DNA of 64,000 bases, taken from NCBI GenBank assembly GCA_002633005.1, contig NMRA01000258.1:1-64000 (forward strand). Reading direction: 5' to 3'. The position numbers and the translations under genes are program-made. Of the stretch, positions 23,296 through 36,290 are shown in pieces (the first letter of the stretch is position 1; each line of letters starts with the position of its first letter). The notes beneath the pieces are model-generated. The model did not search any database. It was not told where the DNA came from and saw only the letters and a list, made by a program, of their open reading frames with translations. This DNA is from Phoronis australis (taxonomy: Eukaryota > Animalia > Phoronida).

Positions 23296-23485
23296 TTAAT
23301 ATGGGGTCCATCGCGGTCGCGATACAACCCTTTTTCGTTTCTTGATTTTGGGAGTCGTTTCCGTGCTCTCTTGTAGTAACCACCAACGTTCTTTATTTCC
23401 AATAAGTTCCCGCGGAACATTAGCATTTCTCAATTCCCGAGAAAACTCTTTCCAGCCCGATGGTGCCATCCGTTTTCGTTTCCAA
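23296..23485 (-). CDS. C-terminal fragment of an uncharacterised Polinton protein
   Basis: PSGWKEFSRELRNANVPRELIGNKERW...RWTPY*, resembling the PxGW..F...L...NVP..LIGN motif of Polinton accessory ORFs; 5' part lost at the CA tract. Confidence 0.6.
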
Positions 23486-24004
23486 CACACACACACACAC
23501 ACACACAAGGTATGACAATCGGGACAATCACAAAACTCACTGCTAAATCACAATCAAGGTCCATAATAGACCATATTCGAGAGTTGACTGTGTTACGGTC
23601 TACAAACTAAAATTTTTGGTCACTTACCAAATGCCGACTGAATCTCATATGCAAAGAGTTATGGTTGTGCAAGTTAAAAAATCATCAAAATCGGACTGAG
23701 AAATAAATGCATGATTTTGTCTATGAATTTCATGCATTTTTATTGTTACGAGTGGCCATTTTAAAAATTACAATTTTCAACAGTCAGCAGTAGAAAAGAA
23801 ATTTAGTTTATTAAGTTAGCAATTGCTTTGATATGACTGAGAATAACTTGAGTCACTTTCAGAATCACTTAGATGAAGTTGCGCTTAATTATTGAGAAAT
23901 GGTAGGATTCATAAAACACGAGGCACTCGTTACGAAATTTGTAAATTCTGTGTTTCTAACCCTCACCTACTGTAAAGAAGGTTAAAAGCTTAAGTTCACT
24001 AAAC

Positions 24005-24400
24005 GGGTTCAGCAAACCATGAGCAATTGTTCTTTCTTCTGCTACCATTTACAGTGTCCTGCTACAGCGAGTTCGCATCAAATTTCCGATCAAACCACAA
24101 AATTCTTCCCAAAAATCCGCTGCCTGAGTACTGTCAATGTGTTGGTACGGAATTATCCGATGAGTTACGGATGGACGGCAATTGCCAGTTTATCAAGGTA
24201 AGTTACAAATAAGTGTAGAGTTATTGATGTTGTGACCTCCTGTTACAAATCGGTAATTTCTGTTTGGCACATTGACAGTACGCAGCAGCTTTGGAAAGAT
24301 CTTTGTACTTTGACCGCGAATTTGTTTGGAACTCGCTAGAGCAAGACTCCGCAAATGCTTTCAGAAGAAAGGTTACAATTGCTTATGGTTTATTGAACCC
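24005..24400. mobile_element. MITE-like element with diverged inverted arms of about 165 bp
   Basis: gggttcagcaaaccatgagcaattg...actgtcaatgtg pairs with cacattgacagt...caattgcttatggtttattgaaccc. Confidence 0.7.
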
Positions 24401-25855
24401 CTGTCTTGCAATGTGTAAATTTATTAAGTTATGTGTTTGATATCGATGGCTGAAGTGAAGCACCCGTGTAATTCCTTAAATCCCGAGTGTCATATGTATA
24501 TAGTGTATTGGATTGGAGTTGAGAATGCCTGTGGTTTCATCCACTAAATAACGCCCGGGCCTGCTTTTCAGTGATTGCCTGTTTCTCTAAATCAGTGACC
24601 GCTATATCCTACCAGTGCCTTATGACTTATGTTGGCTATCCTGGCCCATGTCCATGCTTTGAACAATTTGCGTACGAGGAAAACACGCATTTCTAAAGAA
24701 GGAATATTCATCGCTGGCTCTTCACCTGTGCTCTGAGCGGGGAGCCAAAGTCTGACACAGTTGTGATGACAGCATTAATAGTCCCGTGCGAACGAGACCT
24801 CATTATGCAGCCATACTGTGTAGTTGAAACACTGGCAAATTTTCAAAATGCAGGAAGCAATTAATTTCATTAATTTAAACGTTATGGTGGTATTCAACTG
24901 TAAAAAGGAACATAGTATGGTTTTCGATTTCTAAAAATGGCATATTGATATACTCTGAGGATTTACAAATGCTGTTCATAATTAACTATTCACATAATTG
25001 GTTTATTATTAACTAAACTGCATTACGGCAAATAAAAACGACACTCGATGATCAAATTAGATGTCGTTAAGACAGCACTCGATCACCCAGTCATATTTCC
25101 CAGAATGTGCAAAATGACAGTAATCACGTGTTGTAAAGACTAAGACTAGCTTCAAAGTCAATGAAAAATTTTAAGCAATAGATGAGGTGAGTCGGTGAGC
25201 GAGAGCTGTTACTTTTAAGTTTCACTAACAATCAAAATCTGCCACTATTTTGGCACTTCAAACTTAAATATGAAACCAAAAGATATAGCAACCTAGCAAG
25301 AAACAAAACAAAGTGGACTGCAGTATTAAAAATAAAATGATGAAAACCGATATTAAGCTAATGTTTAAAAACCAACAATCATTTGGGAGGTACTCTCCCT
25401 TTGTCAAGATGAATCAAAGTTGTTGTGTTTAATTATTTTGCAATATTTAAAATATTTCAAATCCAAACCATCCTTTCGACATTTTAGGCAGGAATGCTGT
25501 TCAAATGCCAGAGAAAACCAATTTCGGTATAGTAACAACCACCACTGTTGAGAAAGTAGTGCTTAGAGCCTTTACCTATCTGTCTCTTTAGCTGAATACT
25601 AACAGGGTGCTGAATAGGCATCATAAAATTTATCCGAGGCTAAAGGGAATCTTGGTGGTCACCAGTGTAAGCGAAAGTTCTACATCTTGAGTAAACAAAA
25701 TTACTTACTGGTGTTTGAAAAATAGGTGTTCTACCACTAATCTGAAGATATTTTGTGGAACGAAATATATTGGCTAACATTCACTCTAATATGAAATATA
25801 GCATCTCACCTGTTGGCTAGTTTCTTTTTTCGCTGATTCTTCAATCCACTGTTCT

Positions 25856-25909
25856 TCTGCCAGGAGGCTGTGTACGGATCACTCTGCCAGGAGGCTGTGT
25901 ACGGATCAC
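25856..25909. repeat. 27-bp tandem duplication
   Basis: tctgccaggaggctgtgtacggatcac twice. Confidence 0.85.
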
Positions 25910-28900
25910 ATCAAATTATGGGAATTGTGATGGTTTTTATTTCGTTATAAGGTTTAGTATTTTAAGACTAGCAAACCAAATTTGAGAACAAACTTTGTAG
26001 AGCTCTGCAAACCTGCCATCATCTCCCAAGAGATGTCGCAAAAATTTTAGGAAATGGCACGCATGCATGTCATGAGCGTACTGTTTTCAAAACTATGTTA
26101 GATTTCTTTGTTACAAAAGGCAAAGAGTTACGCAGGGATATTTCTGACCAGGTTTGGACCTGTGCCCTTGGGCATTCTTGGTGATAAAAAGTGTACATTT
26201 TTTAAAAAGTTGTGCCCATCAGACTTTGTGTAATTAAATAGTAATATAGGAAACAGAAACCCACAGGCAATCAACATAGGAATAGAGTCATGTTTCACCC
26301 GACTGGCTGGAAGTTAACTAGAATCTTGCATTTTTGGAAAAGTGTCGCATTTTAAAAGATGCACCTGGGGCACACTGTTGCAATGTGCACAAAGGCCCAG
26401 TTCATGAATATCCCTGATTATGCTACAAAATGATGTTTATTAGACTGGCTGTAATGGGCAAGATAAGTCTTCAGTTGACTACCAGATTTTGCATGCACCC
26501 CCACTGGTCGTTAGCTCTACATGTAGTACATTTATAAGTTTCACAGGGTGACTAGCAGAACTACCTTGGCAGTGTGAATTTTCGAGGTCTATTACTAGTA
26601 GTATTGGCGGTTAACACATATTGGTAAGCTGTATTTTGACAATAGTTCTCATTCATTTTATCTTTTCCCACGAACCTTTGTTTTATTTTGAGGCAGGAAA
26701 TAATACTTGCATCAACTTGAGACTTAGTATTATGTATTTTGTAAAGTCTGAACTCATAAATCCAACTTTTACTACTCTGTAGAGGCAAATTGCAGCTGAA
26801 GGATTATCCCGGGCAATCCTCTTTTTTGCTGCCCCAAGGTCAGTCAATTTTTTTCCTGCTCCTCCTCTTTGGTCTTCACTCTAGGTACACAAATTCTTAC
26901 TATTTTTACAAAACGTCAGGGAAAACTGAAGAGCTCAGACTGCACGCTAGTGCTGGACCGCCAATACTAACAAAATTGTGACTGGATTGGAAAAATATTT
27001 GCACTTTGAATAAAATTACTTCTCTAGTCTTTGTAAATTATGAAGAAGACTTGAAAGCATAAAAAATTACTTTGACTGAACATACGGACAAGTTTTGTTC
27101 ACCTGTACAAGACGTCATTTCAAAATTAGGAACAAATATGGCAGCGAGATTGAACTCGGTGGGAGTACGTAGTTTTTACTGGTCTACTTAAATTTAAATG
27201 TCATCAATGAAAGGAGATGAATCTTTGCTGTTATACAGTATTTTTTTTAAATGTTAAACCTTTTAGGGCATCCAAAAGACACTCAATTGAAGCTTAGTTA
27301 ATCTGTTTTTAGTTTCACATTAAACGTGTTTTGACATTTCTGAATTATTGCATTTTTGTTGATGGAATCTGGTGCAAGCATCAGCCATCCTCAAACATAC
27401 CTGTTACCATGGTGAGCTCTTTGCAGATGGCAATGTAACATCATAAAGTGATTTCTATTTTCAGTTGTCATAGTCACTTGTTTGCAAAGTTATTAAAGGA
27501 AGTCATCAGCCTCACAATCAATTGAATTTCATTAAATTTTGTTACTTTTGTGCTTAGTATAGTTTGGTTCGTTGAAATAGGACTGTATTTTTTGTTTGAC
27601 AGCTTAATACAGACTCACTCATGCTTAATGTGCTTGAGTTATGGGAGACACTGGAAAATTCGAAATATAAATAGCTTGCTTTGGAGCATCTTGTCTCAGG
27701 TATGGTGGATAGGTCTCAAGTGAAACTTTCGTCATTATGCTCCAGCTCTGGGGGGTGAGTAGTGGGACTCGGCTTACAGCTGTGTCATTATCAGTTTGAC
27801 AGTGCTAGCAAGGGGAGAAAGTTGACAAACCAATGTATACATAGTCCAGTTGTCCATTGTCCGTCTTCATCTGATAAGCGCTCACGTAATTCAGCAGTTT
27901 ATGTTGCAAATAGCGCTCCTGACGCAAACCGATATTTAAAATGTTTTATTTCCAAGCAGCGTTCAATAAATGTCATGAAGAAGATGTTTTTTTTGTGAAT
28001 TACTATCACTAAATAACTTCAAACGAAGAAAAAGGTTTGACTTTCAGAGAAATTAAGACTTAACTTTCAACTGCTGATTTCTTTGTGTGACTGCAAGCTC
28101 TTACCTGCTTACTACCTTTGTGTGCCAACACGCTGGGCTTGTTTGTCAAGTTTTATCGTGATTTTAGATCAGATTGTGATGCTAGAAATTTCTTGATTTA
28201 AAACAATGTTACGTTCCATTACCCTGGACTGATAATATCAGTCAAGGGATAATGGTACCTAACATTGTTCGAGTCATTGATTTACGGGGTATCTCCTTTC
28301 ATGACTAACTTAACTCCAGTATGAGCAGACCGTTGATGTACTCTGCAAATTTAATTGAATCATTCATATCATCTTCGGTAAGTTAATGGCATCAAAGTAA
28401 ACAGTGGGTGACATTGTCATTATTGAAGTACTTGCAAGGTAGTGCTGATGCATCCCGTACACGCTAATATTTTTTAATGTGACAATTTGAGAACATTTAC
28501 ATTATGCTAATTTATGGAGACCTTCTTTGGCACCCAGTAATAAAATCATGTCCAGTAGTGCATAGGCAGGGAGGAAGATTGGTTCAGAATAAAATGTGTT
28601 TCTTTGTTTGCACGCTACAGTTTGCAATTCTTATTCCATCAACGCGAAATTGAAACGCAACATGTATAGATCTCGTGAATGGCTCAAAGCATGTTGCTTT
28701 TGAAATCGGATACAAGATGTCGCTGTGGTGGCTATTTTTCCCTTATTTCATTTGCGAAGCTATGGCTGTGATGTTTCTGGTCATATTTTTCTGATTTTTC
28801 TTTTTGTGGATACATCGTCCCAAGAGCTGTTGCACTGAAATGTTGCATTTGTTTTTTCTAGTTTTTACGGTTCTTCAGTTATTCGAGGTTTTCTGAGGAT

Positions 28901-29422
28901 TGGTCTCCAAATATATGAGTTATATGTCTTCGGAATCCTTTGTATCGTAATCCCTGTCTGAAATTTCTTATTATGACATGGATAAATCTTTTCAAGCACT
29001 ATCAATGTTGTGAACCAGTTTCTGCTACGACTTACTGTTCTCGCGATATTCAAGATTTACTGCTCAGATGACTGCTCTTTCAATTGACCAGTGCTTAATT
29101 TAATAGAGCACTTTGTTAGCCAATCACATTTGTTCTAGAAATCTCATTTTTCGTCTGATCAACACGAAATTTTCATATAGAGTTTACTTAGTCAGAAGCG
29201 CGAGGACTGTTGTTCTTGGGTGAAATCGCATACAAGATGGCACTGTGACAGCCATTTTTGGAACTATATTTGCAGAGCTCTATATCCGCGATCCTTTGAT
29301 CGAACTTCAAATTTGGTATTTATAAATAGATACCCTTCCGGGATGTACGTTAGTGTAATAAGATAAGGGTCATGATTGTTTATGTTCTTGGTTTCATCAT
29401 CAATCTCATTTTTAAATTGTTA

Positions 29423-31396
29423 GGATTGTTCTAAATCTCCTCGACACCCTACGACCCATGACCCCCACGACCCATGACCCACAATTCCCTCGACGCATGA
29501 TCTGCAGCAATACTATCTCTGCGCATTTTACTCATTTCATAATTTTATTACTTCGCTGAGTGACTTTCCCATAAGACATATTACTACTTGAATCTGCTCT
29601 GGCTCGAGACTGCTGGTTGAAAACAGAAAGCGGTTTAAAGGAGAATGCCACCCAATTTAATTAATCTTTTTTGCCTCGCATACGGTCGATCTTACCTTGC
29701 CAAGAGATGTCGCGTTAACCTGTGAGGAAGGTGAGAAACGACGCTAGGGACGTCAGTGGTTCATATGCAGAGTGAATGCCGCTATGTTGCGGTGCATCGT
29801 TCCTTGTCCGAACTAAGCAGCTGCAATGAAAGTGGGTATATCGTTTTTTTTTACTTCCTCGAGAGTCCGAAGTGCCCCTTGGTAGTGAAGAATGAAATGT
29901 ACGCTGTAAATAGCAAGTATGAGGTCGTGAAACATCTCCGTGTCTGTGGCCTGCAGACGTCTGCACAGTGCCTGACGAATGCTGGCTTACCAAATAACTC
30001 AATACGTTCCGTTGTCTGAGTTTGTTCACGGCGCCTCTCTGGTATTTCTTCATCACTGTATTCCTGTTCGAATTGATAGCCTGTAAATCTTATTAACAAT
30101 CCACCTGCGAAGTCGGGACTGATGAGTTCTAGCTCGTGAAGTCGGGATTGCGAGTTGCCATGTTGGCGTTTATTCAGGCTGAGCGTTCTGTTTCGAAATG
30201 AATTATTCTCACCCTTACCGTACTTATATAAAACTGAAACAAAGTCTGTCTCATTAGATGCAATTTGTAATGCCTTTGGAGTGTTCGTAAGTGTAAATGA
30301 TTTGAGAAGCCAGCAATGACTAAATCACTGCGTACGGCTTTAGGTACCGCAATAAAGCTAATTAACGGGACACTGAAGCCGTGTGAGTTCATGCTAATTT
30401 AGTGTTTGCTGGCAGAAACTGTTGTAAAACAGCTCGATTTCCATCCCACGGCTAGGTGTTAGGGGAATCTTTATTTACATTTACATTACTCAAATAATGA
30501 TTGTCAATGTATAACTTCTGCCTTGACGGTGCCTGTGGCCAAAGCGGAACCTGAATTCGCGGCCCCCGACGCAGATTTGCACGTTTCGTGGTAATTCACC
30601 AACATAATCACGTGCACATTACTTTGGCTCACTAGTATAGTATTTTCTTGACTGGAAGTTTAGTTTCCACTGAACTTTGGCTGGTTTAGGGTCTGATCAG
30701 TTTCCGAGCCACTGGCCGGGATATGACGAGTCAATCCGGCCCGGCCGAGACGGGCCTGATCGGGCTCCGAGCCACTGGCCAGGATAACAAACGTTTTGTG
30801 TTTAGAACTCAAAAAATCTAAACAACACAGATCTAGGTTCTCCTGTCTGTATCTCAAGGAAAATACTTCAAAATTTTCTCCGAACAGACCCCAAACTCCT
30901 GCTACGGACCTTATTGGCCTGCCAAACTTTGTAGGCTACGGTGTGTCCAAATACCAATAAATCCGTAAGAGCAAAATAAAACAACACGTTTTTATAAGAA
31001 CTCGGTGTATTTTTAAGGGTTTTACATCGAAGTTTGATGATTTATTGGTGCTAAACGATGACTTCAAGTGATAAGCTGACGCCAGTAACCCGTGTTGTGA
31101 ACTGCTGAACAGACTGCGTGTGAAACCGATGACGTCATTGGATAATTTCAACACCTCCGTTTGCCGTCAGGTGTCAGGTAACGCAACCGTACGTGTCGTT
31201 ATGGAGTAGAACTACTCGATCTAAATTGATACAAATTAGGTTGTTTTTGGGTGGCATGCTCCTTTAAGAACATGATCTGAAATGGTAGACTATGAATGTG
31301 TGGTTCGAGGGGGTCATGTGAGTGGGTCGAGGAGGTCGTAAGTCGAGGGGGTCATGAGTGGAGGGGTCGTGAGTCAAGGGGGTTTTAGAACAATCC
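29423..31396. mobile_element. MITE with GGATTGTTCTAAA terminal inverted repeats and cgacccatga subterminal repeats
   Basis: ggattgttctaaa at 29423 and tttagaacaatcc ending at 31396; mirrored gaccc/gggtc repeats. Confidence 0.65.
29639..31263 (-). mobile_element. Non-autonomous Kolobok-type DNA transposon
   Basis: TTAA on both flanks (29635-29638, 31264-31267). 16-bp TIR AGGAGAATGCCACCCA / TGGGTGGCATGCTCCT with one mismatch. Decayed minus-strand GYQFEQEYSDEE ORF. Confidence 0.75.
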
Positions 31397-33924
31397 AAAT
31401 TTTTTATTTATTTCACCAAGTGTCGCTCTTCAGAACGCCTTTATTATGCACCCACATAAATATTTATAATTATGTGGACGCATTATGCCATCATCTCCGT
31501 CCGTCCGGAATCTGCTGCTCTATCTCCAAAACGCCTTAACGTATGTTCATGAAATCTTGCCCATGTGTTTCTTTTGTGGATGGGATGGTGGTTCTCAACA
31601 GATTTTCATAAAATTTTGAATATGGGCATCTATTGGTGAGATGACCCTATCCTCCTGTTTTTGGGTGGAATTGAGGTATTTCGCACCACCTAGTGGCCAT
31701 TTTTTCTGTTTTCAAATCTCGTTTTTGACATCCACCCCTCTATCAACCAAATCATCCTAGGGATGGTTTTGAAAATTGGCCATATTATATGTTATCAGTG
31801 TGAAGAGGACGTTTGATGATGGCGACTGAATACTGCAGTGCCTCCTAGTGGTAGTTTTGTTTTGTTTTGCCCCCATAGCTGTATCTCCTAAACCCACTGC
31901 AGGTTCAAAGATAAAAACATATGACGAGGAATTTCAGGCGGATCCAACGACACTTCCTACAAGTGGCAATTTCATTTTATTCTGTTTTCCTTTGTTTTTC
32001 TGAATTTCCTTGACAGATTTTTATGAAATATGACATGTTCCCGTTTTTAGATGGATTGTACTTTTTGCGCCATCTAGTGGCCATTTTTATGATACAAATA
32101 AATAACCCTAAAAGCAATGCATTCGTGGGCGCATTTCAATGCTCCGCGTTGCTGTTGTTCTGAGTGTTTGCCGTGATATCTACTGTACCATAGTCACTTA
32201 ATGTATGCTTGAAACAGCTGTGTTGCCCTCTGTTGCCACTATTTGCATCCGCTGCTGTATCTTTCTTTGGCAAGCTTTTCCCTAAGAAGGTGGCAGTAAA
32301 GGACAACGACTTTTGGACAGACCTGGCGACTGATTGCTAGTGATAGTTTAATTTTGTTATGTTTGCCTGACTGCGTATATTTTCAGAGTTCCTTGACAGC
32401 TTCTCATGAAATTTGGCAAATAGACTAAATCTTTCTCAGGCAATGTTTTCTAATAGTGAAGCGGATTTAACATAATCTCAGCCACATTGTGGCCATTTTC
32501 ATTTATATACTAGTCTTTTGGTGTCTGCTTTTCTATCTGCCAAATCCTTGCAGCAATGGTTGTGAAAATTGGCAGGCCTGTTTTTGGTGTTAAGTCCACT
32601 ACTGATGTTGATTTTTGGACAGCCTGGATTACTGTGGTGCCCTCTAGTGCCATTTTTTGTTTTTTGCATCATCAGTTGTATCTCCTTAAACTCTTACAGG
32701 ATCCTTGCGAAATTTGGAAAAGTGTCTATAAACGTGAGAATGGATGATGATGATTTTTAGGCAGATCGGACTACCGCGTGCCCCCTAGTAGCAATTTTAT
32801 TTTACCTGTCCATCTTTAGAGTTCTTCAGCAGGGTTCCATTTAGCAGATAGCTTTTTATTTAGGAGACAACAATGCCTATGTATATTAAGACATAATAGA
32901 TGAATATTGTATTCTGTGCCATTAAGTGACCATATGTATTATTTTCATGTCTGTTTTTGTGGCCGGGTTCTCTAGCTGCCAGCCGTACTCAAGTGATCAT
33001 GAAGAAAATTAGCAAAACTTTTCCTTTCTTACAACACCACAACAGATTTCAGATGAGTGTGTCTGCAGTTGCATCTCTAGTAGCAATTTAGTTTTTTTTT
33101 TTTACATTTCCTAAACCCATCTTAATGAAATTTGGCAAATGTGTTTCTATAAATTTGGCAACAGATGGCAGTTAAGTTATTTTGGATAGGTCAAGACTCG
33201 TAATGTGTTTCATAAGTGGCAATAAGCGTCTGCATCTTTGGTTGGTGGATGTAGTTAGATGAAAGTTGGGTGAATTAAACATTTATTGTAATCTATTTTG
33301 CCCAGGGTAAGGCCTCAAATCTTTGGGCCAATATTATACATATTACTTAAACTAAAGTTCCGTCTAGATATAAACTTTTGGACCAGCGCAACTGACATCG
33401 AGCAAATTGATTGGTGTCTAAAAGCAGGCATTTGCACACACACAACTCACTAACTGTGGCAAGACGGAAGTTGTAGGCTAGAGAGTGGAACGCACATGCG
33501 CAGGTTTACAAATAGCTAGAGTAGCAGAGAGAGACAGAGAACCAGTAAGTAGGTCATTGCTCAAGCGCAGTAGAAATGATCCTTGCCGCTTTGTCCCAGT
33601 TTTGCGTTTAGACAATTGACACGAGCAAGATGATCGAGCACAAATTACTCTACCTCAGAAACGGGTGGCAAAAGTTGTCACCCCGGTGTCAATTTGCTCC
33701 TTGTCAATAACATTTACACACATACTTGTGCTGGAACATCTTATTCAGTGTCAGCTGAACTGTGTCAACTTTTGTAGTGTAAACGGCTGAAACTCCAAAT
33801 TTAATATTTAGTCATCAGTCTCAAAAACACTGTTAGGATTTTTAATATAAAGGCCTATTTTTGCGTAATGTAACAAAGGTGAATATGACTTCCGTTTTTT
33901 ACAGAGGTACCTTACGTTTTGCGA

Positions 33925-34156
33925 AGGCAGTGTGGCCTGGTTGAAAAGTGCCCGCTTTCTTTACTCGAGGTCGTGGGTTCAAGTCCCACCAGGTCACACT
34001 GCTAAACCCTTGAGCCAGGTTTCTAGCTCCTCAGCTCGGTTTTAACCATATATTAATAAAGCATAAAAATATTTCCGGGTGATCAGTGCAATGGGCCCAC
34101 ATGCGAGGCTTTCGCATGTCTGGTACGTGTATCAGACCACCTGCAATTATTTTTTT
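33925..34156 (+). mobile_element. tRNA-derived SINE
   Basis: A-box-like TGGCCTGGTTG and B-box GGTTCAAGTCC. 13-bp target duplication TTACGTTTTGCGA (33912-33924, 34157-34169). Tail similar to 63890-63970. Confidence 0.8.
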
Positions 34157-34688
34157 TTACGTTTTGCGAGTTGATTTGTCATAGAAACCAAACGAAAAGA
34201 CTAATCGAAAATTCCTAACATCGTTTTTAAGGTAACTGGTGAAGTTTTCATTTAAAGTTTCATTTAAACCGACAGAGGGGTTATCTTGCTATGAATCTAG
34301 TAATTTTCTTAAAAATTAATTTTTGACTTAAAAAAGGTTTTATGTAAAAATATTAATGGTACATTAATACAAACATTCAAAAAGTATTTTCATATTTCCT
34401 AATCGGTTTTCTTTCAGAAAATATATACTTCTACCAGTTGACAAAGCTTAGTTTTTTGATGGGGAGTTAGAATAGAGGCCACTAAATAAGGTTGGAGATA
34501 ACCTTAAAGATATTGAAATGAATACCAATGAGTATGTTTGTGTATACAAAATAATATACTCTACTTAATATGAGGGTTGCGCATGAATTCAAGTTTGACC
34601 TCATGAGAGAATTTAAGTGACGATTTTATGATTGTTTGTGAAACACTGAGGCACACAGTTGTTAGGAAGGCAACAGAGCTCATTAGTT

Positions 34689-34792
34689 GACTTGTTGGAG
34701 GTGGGTTAGTCTGGTGCATCTACTATATAGGGCCGTCCCTGACTCGTTGGAGGTGGGTTAGTCTGGTGCGTCTACTATATAGGGCCGTCCCT
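34689..34792. repeat. 52-bp tandem duplication
   Basis: gact(t/c)gttggaggtgggttagtctggtgc(a/g)tctactatatagggccgtccct twice. Confidence 0.85.
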
Positions 34793-35964
34793 GATTACAC
34801 ACCAACCCTCGAATCTCGCTGTATTTACCCACAATGCCGTCAACATCTGTCAGGCACATTTGCTACCTCATTTTCGTATCATTCGAGTTTTACATGTTAT
34901 TTGTTGTTGTCTGATTCTTTATAATTGTTTTCTCGGTTGCATTGCAATATTGTACTCGGCATTTGCCAAAAATGTGTTACTGCTGTCCAGATGTGATGTG
35001 CAACTTCGACGTGAGAAAGTTTGGTAAACTAGACAAATACCCGTGGATGCGTGATGTGAAATTCTTCGTTTTCCCGACATCAATGAGAAACACAAAAATA
35101 TGCCTGACTTCCAAAACGAGGTCACACACTTTCTTATCTCCAGGACAAAGGAAAGTTTTACCGCAATGTAATTCGGGACAGCCCTGTTGGCTTATAGTGT
35201 GTTCTGTGTAGCAAACTTGCATTCAATATTCCCAGACCAGGCTATGTATTTTATTCATATACCCGGTATTTACATTATGTATGTGCGTGTGTGTGTATAT
35301 GTGTATGTATATACGTAGTAGTACTAGTATGTTGTATTTATTATAGTGACAAGTACAATTAAATAAAACAGTTATAGGTATAACATTCGTAAGAAATATC
35401 ATATGTATGCATGTATGTATGCAATCTATGTATGTGTGTATGTATTTACATATATGTGTATGGGAAGCTAATGGAATTACCTTTATCTCTTATAACAATA
35501 AACAAGAAAATTATTATGTATGAAGCTGATGATAAACATCAGCAAAGGTGTAAAATGCAACATTTTTATTGCTCTCATCTCATGTAAATATAAAACACAA
35601 TATAACCAAAACATACACGGTAAGACAACGTGTTGAGACTTGTATCAAGGGTAAAAATGTTCTGAATTCAGTATAAATTAAAGTGTCCATTTTGCCGTTT
35701 ATACAATCATTTCATAAACAACAGACTTTGGGTCATTTGCCAGCATACAGTTAAGTTACATACCCTCTCCACTAAAATATGTTTTCTGGTAAATTGGTAA
35801 ATCTGGTATATGCAGAATACTCTAAACACAGTGTAGATGCAATTTATTGAGCAACGATGAATTACTGGTTTTTCCGTGATGTCAAATGCTTCTTATCTGA
35901 AGAATGCACAATGTAAGTAAGTCCAATTTAATAACCATTCGAAGGTTTAAAGGAATATGTTGAA

Positions 35965-36290
35965 ATAATACCAAACCTGGCTTTTGCCTATTTAACAATA
36001 CTAAAAACAACTTTACTGTCCAGTTCTCTGAGACAAAATACTGGTTTAATGCTCGTAACCATCAACAATCCTCAAAAGTTTGGAGAAAAAATTCCTTTCA
36101 AAGTCTGCTAACTGGGCAAACATGACCTGTAGTATGCTTTTAGTGAATTGCAGGCAACTGTGGGAAAAGTCACCACCCACCAAAGACCATAATGTCAAAT
36201 TTGTGGAAAAAGGGGAGTTTTTAGATTGACGCCTATGATGCAGGCGACAGAACGAGGATTGGTTGAAATCATTGAAATTGGGTTTAGTAT
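35965..36290 (+). repeat. Dispersed repeat; inverted diverged copy at about 45790-46210
   Basis: tactaaaa...tccagttctctga.acaaaa and gggaaaagtcca blocks match in reverse complement. Confidence 0.6.

Larger units (their letters stand above)
17252..23485 (-). mobile_element. Polinton/Maverick (adintovirus-like): one terminus plus structural and integrase genes; other end missing
   Basis: Starts AGTAGT, with terminal sequence homologous to the arms of 6447-10270 (blocks to about 17995). Carries the PRO, MCP, mCP and INT genes, and looks more GC-rich than the flanks. Ends abruptly at a (CA)n tract near 23486. Confidence 0.92.
28590..31445 (+). mobile_element. Old HINE-like element hosting nested insertions
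   Basis: 3' end tttcaccaagtgtcgctcttcagaacgcctttatt resembles the ends at about 51851-51886, 56060-56093 and 59618-59652; internal similarity to 58250-59600. Confidence 0.55.

Noticed and set aside
33926-34000. Possible tRNA gene
   Set aside because: No convincing cloverleaf; it has a tail and a 13-bp target duplication, so it is called a SINE.
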